A stretch of 64,000 nt of DNA. It comes from Dehalococcoidia bacterium. Lineage in GTDB: Bacteria; Chloroflexota; Dehalococcoidia; Plut-88900. The notes under the pieces are model-generated. The model saw nothing but the letters and a program-made list of their open reading frames with translations, did no database searches and was not told where the DNA came from. A program made the translations under genes and the position numbers. How positions within the stretch are numbered: the first letter of the stretch is position 1; each line of letters begins with the position of its first letter. The stretch is taken from contig CBDBLV010000005.1 in assembly GCA_965207225.1 (NCBI GenBank), positions 1,248,001-1,312,000 of the forward strand. Direction: 5' to 3'. This document shows positions 58,929 to 64,000 of the stretch, in pieces.

Positions 58929-59395
58929 GTAGGGGCAATCCCTCGTGGTTGCCCTGGGGCGGGGCCCCTCACCTTGAGCGGAGTCTACGGGTCGACCGAA
59001 CGGAACAGGATGGTGTCGATTCCCGTAGGGGCGACCGGCCGGTCGCCCTCCCCGGTGTGGAACCCCTCACCCTGAGCCGAGTCTGCGAGCCTGCCCCTGC
59101 AAAGGCAGGGGGTCGAGCGGGGGGTCTCGCCCCACCAATACGCCACCTCATTCTTCAGCCAGCCACACTCCTCACTGTCATTCCGATGCCCCGCGAGGAA
59201 TCTACAGCGCCTATCGAAAAAATACGCCCTTTCCTGTCCCTCAACCAGTTCATCTTTGTCCCTGCTGTTGGGCCGCTCACCCTGAGCTTAGTCGAAGTGC
59301 GAGCGGAGGGGTGGCCCTCGGCCCATCATTACTCCACCTCAGTCTACGACCAGCCCACACCCCTCACTGTCATTCCGATGCCCCGCGAGGAATCT
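58929..59395 (+). repeat. mosaic cluster of REP-like palindromes
   Basis: GTAGGGGC..GCCCT x2, CTCACCCTGAG..CGAGCGG x2 and CACTGTCATTCCGATGCCCCGCGAGGAATCT x2. Confidence 0.85.
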
Positions 59396-59440
59396 AGGAC
59401 TTGCCCACTCACGCCTTTTACCTCCTCTCCCCTCCCTCTT

Positions 59441-59560
59441 CCCAGTACTGAACAGAGGCGGAGGTTGGCGCTAAAGCGCCAACCTCCGCCTCTGTTCTTC
59501 TCTCCCCCTCTCCCTTAAAGGCCCTAAGGGAGAGGGGGACTAAGGGGGTGAGGGTTCCCC
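59441..59560 (+). repeat. 120-bp two-hairpin element, copy D
   Basis: AACAGAGGCGGAGGTTGGCGC taaa GCGCCAACCTCCGCCTCTGTT; flanks near-identical to copy A. Confidence 0.9.
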
Positions 59561-59593
59561 TGGGGCCCGGGGGGAACTCCCCCAATTGTACAT

Positions 59594-59622
59594 TTGCACT
59601 ATCTGAACTCCCGTGCTATACT
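59594..59622 (+). promoter_or_regulatory. sigma70-type promoter with extended -10
   Basis: TTGCAC-N17-TATACT with TG at 59614-59615. Confidence 0.6.
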
Positions 59623-59684
59623 ACACCCCAGGCCGCCGACCTCACACCTCGGCGCCCATCACAATGCAGGATCAAAGGAGTCCC

Positions 59685-61424
59685 ATGAGCCGCATAAGCC
59701 TACACAGGCCCCGTCTCAGCCGAGCAGTATTCCGCCGCCCGGCCCCCGGCACGCGCCTCCTCCCAGGCTCCTTTCTCTTTCCACACCCCGTCCTGCACCC
59801 CAACACCCACTACAAGCGCTGCCCAAAGGCCCAACGTCTCGGCCTTCGCAGCGATCAATCACCGCCCCGCCCCATGCAAGGAAGGTCCCCGGACAAATTA
59901 CGGCACGTCCTATTCAAGGGCCGTTGCCAGGTGCGCGCCCCACTCATAGGGCGCAACGGTTTCGCCCCGTCAGGCGACGCTAAGGAGCACGGTGTAATGT
60001 TGCTCCATCGGGCCATCGCGCCCTTCTCGGACTCCCCCGGCATACACCCTGCCGACCTGTCCGGGCAGTTGGACAACCCCCGACTCAAAACAAAGGCGAC
60101 CTTTTGGGATTCCACCGTCGTCACCTTCGGCAAGCTCCGGTCTACGAACGGCGGTCACGGGTCCTCGCTCTCAACCCTTGGGGTGGTAGAGCACTTCCGG
60201 TGGTCGAGGCTGCCCCAGAGCGAGAATTTCTCGCGTCTCGTCCACATCCTCTCGGAAGTATGGGGCTGTGATTCCACCGTCGTCACCATCGGCAAGTTCC
60301 GGTCTATGAACGGCGGTCACGGGTCCATGCTCTCACCCCTTGGGGTGCTAGAGCGCTTCCGGTGGACGAGGCTGCCCCAGAGCGAGAATGTCTCGCGTCT
60401 CGTCCACATCCCCTCGGAAGTGTGGGGCTGTCGCAGAATCGACGCTGATGTGGACCGTCCCCGGGGGCGGACACCCCGCATCGGTACAGGCGTCGCCGAC
60501 ATCCTGCGCAAACCGTCCGGGACCTTCCACCCCCTCCCCCGATTTGCTATGTCATCCCGAGGCCCCGCGAGGGATCTCAAGGGCCCGTCTCAAGACATGG
60601 CATTCACCGCCGTTCACCCCCATCCAACTTCAGTGAGTGTAAGGAGTACAGCCTCCCGTACCCTGAAAGAATGGGCTGGGATGAGGTTGATCCCCTCCCC
60701 GCCTACCAGTACCAAACTAGAGGGAAGCACCTGTGCCAGGGCGCAGGCGCTTGCCCCTGTTTTTCCTTCCCTCTCTCCCTTAAAGGCCCTGAGAGGCTGC
60801 CCCGAGTCCCTCGAGGGGGTCACAAGAGCGGAACGGGGTGGTGTCCCCTCCTCTGAGCGAGGGGAGGCCCATACCCTTCCAACCCGTCCCGTCAGCCTTC
60901 CAAAATTCCTTCCCCTAAGTACCAAACTAGAGGCGGGCAGATGCGCCTTAGCGCATCTGCCCGCCTCTGTTTTTAATCCCCCCCTCTCCCTTAAAGGCCC
61001 TAAGGGTCGAAGATGCGCCTATGGCGTGAGAGGGGGATCAAGGGGGAGAGGGTTCCTCCCTCCCCGCTCCTTAAACAATCAAAAACCCGCCCCTCTCTTC
61101 AATGGTGACATGTCCATAACTGTTTCCCATGACAACACCTTAACCAAGTGTTGCACTTCGTTTGTGAATTTAGAGAATCCATCCCTCCGAAACAACCACC
61201 TCCAGCTCTGCAACTCACCCCATCCCTCCCTTCCCCACCAGTACCAAACTAGAGGGATGCACCTGCGCCTTGGCGCAGGTGCATCCCTCTGTTTTTATCT
61301 CCCCCTCTCCCTTAAAGGCCCTAAGGGAGAGGGGGATAAAGGGGGAGAGGGTTCCCTTTCCGACCCCTGCGACACGCGAAATCCCCGGAAATCCCTTCAG
61401 GCGTCATTCAATCAAACCAGCTAG
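59685..61424 (+). CDS. hypothetical ORF with a duplicated 54-aa block; C-terminal half reads through repeats (coding status doubtful)
   Basis: AAGGAG then ATG at 59685 downstream of the promoter; no recognisable domain. Confidence 0.35.
   Translation: MSRISLHRPRLSRAVFRRPAPGTRLLPGSFLFPHPVLHPNTHYKRCPKAQRLGLRSDQSPPRPMQGRSPDKLRHVLFKGRCQVRAPLIGRNGFAPSGDAKEHGVMLLHRAIAPFSDSPGIHPADLSGQLDNPRLKTKATFWDSTVVTFGKLRSTNGGHGSSLSTLGVVEHFRWSRLPQSENFSRLVHILSEVWGCDSTVVTIGKFRSMNGGHGSMLSPLGVLERFRWTRLPQSENVSRLVHIPSEVWGCRRIDADVDRPRGRTPRIGTGVADILRKPSGTFHPLPRFAMSSRGPARDLKGPSQDMAFTAVHPHPTSVSVRSTASRTLKEWAGMRLIPSPPTSTKLEGSTCARAQALAPVFPSLSPLKALRGCPESLEGVTRAERGGVPSSERGEAHTLPTRPVSLPKFLPLSTKLEAGRCALAHLPASVFNPPLSLKGPKGRRCAYGVRGGSRGRGFLPPRSLNNQKPAPLFNGDMSITVSHDNTLTKCCTSFVNLENPSLRNNHLQLCNSPHPSLPHQYQTRGMHLRLGAGASLCFYLPLSLKGPKGEGDKGGEGSLSDPCDTRNPRKSLQASFNQTS
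60108..60431 (+). repeat. 2 x 162-bp tandem repeat
   Basis: GATTCCACCGTCGTCACC...TGGGGCTGT starts at 60108 and 60270; 12 substitutions by hand alignment. Confidence 0.92.
60706..61356 (+). repeat. two-hairpin element, copies E (60706-60818), F (60917-61056) and G (61238-61356)
   Basis: AGTACCAAACTAGAGG-stem-CC(T/C)CTGTTTTT..CTCTCCCTTAAAGGCCCT in each copy. Confidence 0.88.
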
Positions 61425-61470
61425 GAGTTCAATCAACCTTCAATCAAAACCCCACCCCCAACCGAGTCCC

Positions 61471-62127
61471 CTACCCCTTCAGCCTATCCTCCAGCTGTTG
61501 CAGCGACTTCTCAAGCTGGTGCTGCCGGTACGCCACCGTCAGATCTCCCCTTGTACGCTCCACCACACCCCGCACCATGTCCGTCGTCCGCCTCAAACCC
61601 GACGTGATCCCGTCCGGAAAATCAATCGTCGTCAGCGCAGTGTAGATCGCATCGATGTATTCCAGCTTCCGTTCGCACTCCTCAACATCCCCCTTGCGGA
61701 GCGTATCTAGGATGTGCCGGCGCATCTCCCCCACCGCCTCCCCCATCCCATTCAGGTATGCCGGATACCCGACCCTCAGCTCGTCAGGATCCGGCAGCCG
61801 CCGCTCCGAAGCCAACGCCAGGGTAAGTTGTCCCTCCGCGTACTCCTTTTGGGCATCATGAAGAAAACCCGCGTGGTACATCGACGGATGACCCTGCAGC
61901 GACTCTTCCGCCTCGTCCAGCAGTTCCCGTGCCTTGCCCAACAACCCTTCCGCCTCCTCAAATTCACCCCTGTGCGTAGCCCGAATCGAGTTGGCACAAT
62001 GCCGGATCGCGTCCCGTGACAGCCGCAGCCCCTCCTCCCTCGCCCCGTGCTTCTCCGAAAGCTGCGCCCTGACCCTCTCGATAATCTCGCCCAGATTATC
62101 CATCGGCCCCGACCTCTCACCCGCCAT
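61471..62127 (-). CDS. translin/TRAX-like protein
   Basis: RE..LRLSR..IR, QKEYAEG, YLNGMGEAVGEMRR and LRRTTDMVRGVVERTRGD; all-helical; alternative start at 62103. Confidence 0.8.
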   Translation of the reverse strand: MAGERSGPMDNLGEIIERVRAQLSEKHGAREEGLRLSRDAIRHCANSIRATHRGEFEEAEGLLGKARELLDEAEESLQGHPSMYHAGFLHDAQKEYAEGQLTLALASERRLPDPDELRVGYPAYLNGMGEAVGEMRRHILDTLRKGDVEECERKLEYIDAIYTALTTIDFPDGITSGLRRTTDMVRGVVERTRGDLTVAYRQHQLEKSLQQLEDRLKG

Positions 62128-62800
62128 TTCGCCCTCCCGACGAGGCCTCGATCGCCACGCTCAACTCCCTCGCTGCTTCTTCCAGGTCCGCCGCCGACAG
62201 CACCGCACTGATCACGCACGCCGAGTCCGCACCCGCCTCCATCACCGCCCCGACATTCCCCGCGTTGATTCCCCCAATCGCCACAACCGGCACAGTGACC
62301 GCTTTTGCGACCGCCTCCAAAGTCTCCAGTCCCGCCGGACGGGTCACAGACTTCGAACTCGTCGGATATATCGCCCCGACCGCAATATACGAAGCGCCCT
62401 CTCGCTGCGCCTGTAACGCCTCCTCAACCGTCGCCGTAGACACCCCGATTACCGCATCCCCAGGCATCAGTTTTCTCGCCTCCGCCAACGGCAGGTCCTT
62501 CTGTCCCAAATGCACCCCCGACGCCCCCGAAATCAGTGCCAGGTCCACATGATCGTTCATTATCGATACCACCCCCGCCTCCGCGCACAGCCGATTCACT
62601 TCCCTCACAATCGGCAGCTGATCCCCCTTGTTCCGACTCTTGTCCCGCCACTGGATCACCCTGGCGCCGCCCCGAATAATCGCTTCCGCCGCCGCCACCT
62701 CCGACATCCCCTTCAGAAAACTAGGATCGAGGATAACGTAAAGCCCTTTGACTTTGGCATTCATGAAATTAGCCGTGCGGACCCTAGCCCCCCTAGACAT
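62117..62800 (-). CDS. thiE: thiamine phosphate synthase
   Basis: QWRDK, MNDHVD, GVHLGQKD, YPTSSK and AIGGI. Confidence 0.93.
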   Translation of the reverse strand: MSRGARVRTANFMNAKVKGLYVILDPSFLKGMSEVAAAEAIIRGGARVIQWRDKSRNKGDQLPIVREVNRLCAEAGVVSIMNDHVDLALISGASGVHLGQKDLPLAEARKLMPGDAVIGVSTATVEEALQAQREGASYIAVGAIYPTSSKSVTRPAGLETLEAVAKAVTVPVVAIGGINAGNVGAVMEAGADSACVISAVLSAADLEEAARELSVAIEASSGGRNGG

Positions 62801-63137
62801 CCTTTATCGCCGGCGGCATCTCCCCCTCCCGGGCCGCGTCTATCATCTCCCGTGCCTGCTCAGGCATCTCCACCCCCATGTCGCCCAGCCTTTTCTCGGC
62901 CCAACGCCCGATATTGCTCGGGTCCTTGTAGTAGTCGTCCGTCGGGTTCATCTGAGGTGGCCCTGACGCATCCCACTTGTCCTGCATCGACCTGTGATAC
63001 GCCACCCTGGAGATAATGCGGCTCAGCTCAGTGCTCCCACAAGACTCGCAAACCGGATTGGCCGCCGACCCAATGCTCCGAAGGAACACGCTGGTCGTCC
63101 GATTACACTGTGTGCACCTGTATTCGTAGATCGGCAT
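62793..63137 (-). CDS. FmdB family zinc-ribbon protein
   Basis: MPIYEYRCTQC...CESCGS. Confidence 0.88.
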   Translation of the reverse strand: MPIYEYRCTQCNRTTSVFLRSIGSAANPVCESCGSTELSRIISRVAYHRSMQDKWDASGPPQMNPTDDYYKDPSNIGRWAEKRLGDMGVEMPEQAREMIDAAREGEMPPAIKDV

Positions 63138-63138
63138 A

Positions 63139-63492
63139 TCAGTCCAGGTCTCCGTAGTCATCCGAGTCGTCCGGAATCTCTCCCGACTCCAACCTGTCCA
63201 CCATCTCCCCGAACTCGGGGCCCATGTCTTCACCCATCGAGTCCCCCATTCGACGCATCATCTCCGCCATCCCCCTGGGGTCATTCTCATCAATCCCGCC
63301 CCACGCCGACGGGTCCGAAAGCTCCTCCAACTGACTCTCCCCCGACTTCAGCACCGCCACTCTCGACACCAGCCTCGAAAGCTCCCCTGACCCACATTTG
63401 GGGCAAGCCTTGTTCGGTGGGTCAACAAAGCCCCTAACCAGCAGGCTCACCCGACGCCTGCATCCTCCGCATCTATATTCATAAATGGGCAT
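63139..63492 (-). CDS. FmdB family zinc-ribbon protein
   Basis: MPIYEYRCGGC...CPKCGS; acidic/Met-rich tail DENDPRGMAEMMRRMG. Confidence 0.88.
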   Translation of the reverse strand: MPIYEYRCGGCRRRVSLLVRGFVDPPNKACPKCGSGELSRLVSRVAVLKSGESQLEELSDPSAWGGIDENDPRGMAEMMRRMGDSMGEDMGPEFGEMVDRLESGEIPDDSDDYGDLD

Positions 63493-63671
63493 ACCTACAT
63501 CCGCCTCGGCCCCGGATTCTAGCACACCAACTATTTCACCATGGCTCCCGGTGTCCTTCTTCTCGTAAGGGCGACCGGCCGGTCGCCCTCCGTAGGGAGG
63601 TGTCGCTCATTCTGAGCGTAGTTGAAGTGTGAGCAGGAGGGCGTCCCACGCTTGCCAACCCATCACACCCC

Positions 63672-64000
63672 TTATTCCATCCCCTCCCCCCACACCACCG
63701 CATTCTGCACCAACCGCACCCGCGTCCGAGACCCTCCGGCCTCTATACCCACCACGTCTATTCTCCACTCGTCCTCCTCCAGACCCTTCACCTGCATGTA
63801 CTCCAACGCAGCCTGAACCAGCTTCTGCTGTTTCGCCTCCGTCACCGACTCCTCAGGCCTCCCGAAAGCCCCAGTCCTCCGACTCTTCACCTCCACGAAC
63901 ACAAGGCACTCCCCCTCCCGCGCCACCAGATCAATCTCCCCATACTTGCTCCGATAGTTCGACTCCAGTATTGAGTAACCCTTCCCCTCCAGGAACCGAC
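63672..64000 (-). CDS. yraN: YraN family (UPF0102) nuclease, 5' end outside the window
   Basis: GYSILESNYRSKYGEIDLVAR...LVFVEVKSR...PEESVT..KQ...RIDVV. Confidence 0.9.
   Translation of the reverse strand, partial: RFLEGKGYSILESNYRSKYGEIDLVAREGECLVFVEVKSRRTGAFGRPEESVTEAKQQKLVQAALEYMQVKGLEEDEWRIDVVGIEAGGSRTRVRLVQNAVVWGEGME

Noticed and set aside
60108-60431. DGR template/variable repeat pair
   Set aside because: The differences involve all four bases rather than being adenine-specific on either strand, and no reverse transcriptase is present.
63493-63671. TPP riboswitch upstream of the thiE operon
   Set aside because: The CTGAG here is on the + strand inside an R3 palindrome; no TPP consensus on the - strand.

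Overview
GC-rich bacterial chromosomal segment. The gene content (many amidohydrolases, SDRs, CoA-transferases and CMD proteins, a translin homolog, FmdB zinc ribbons, lipoprotein SBPs with PTA-rich linkers) suggests Chloroflexota, probably Dehalococcoidia/SAR202; this is an inference. About 55 CDS: housekeeping genes (lepA, galU, pyrE, lepB, dcd, ribD-ribE-ribBA-ribH, ispH, ald, ggt, hppA, thiE, yraN), a metal ABC operon, many catabolic enzymes, one tRNA-Lys(TTT) and a Phd/VapC toxin-antitoxin pair with both genes frameshifted. No integrase, transposase, RT or cas gene was seen. The most unusual material is non-coding or orphan: (1) a ~120-bp two-hairpin element in 7 co-oriented copies whose first stem keeps its length but changes sequence with compensatory pairing; (2) a near-consensus promoter followed by a 6 x 60-bp double-hairpin array with covarying stems and hypervariable 5-nt loops, running into an orphan ORF (24866-26305); (3) a parallel promoter/repeat/orphan-ORF locus at 59594-61424; (4) five REP-like families, all in one orientation, assembled into mosaics; (5) a shared leader hairpin upstream of two orphan PotD-like paralogs. 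The + strand is extremely C-rich regardless of gene direction. All calls come from reading the sequence by eye; no database searches were run.
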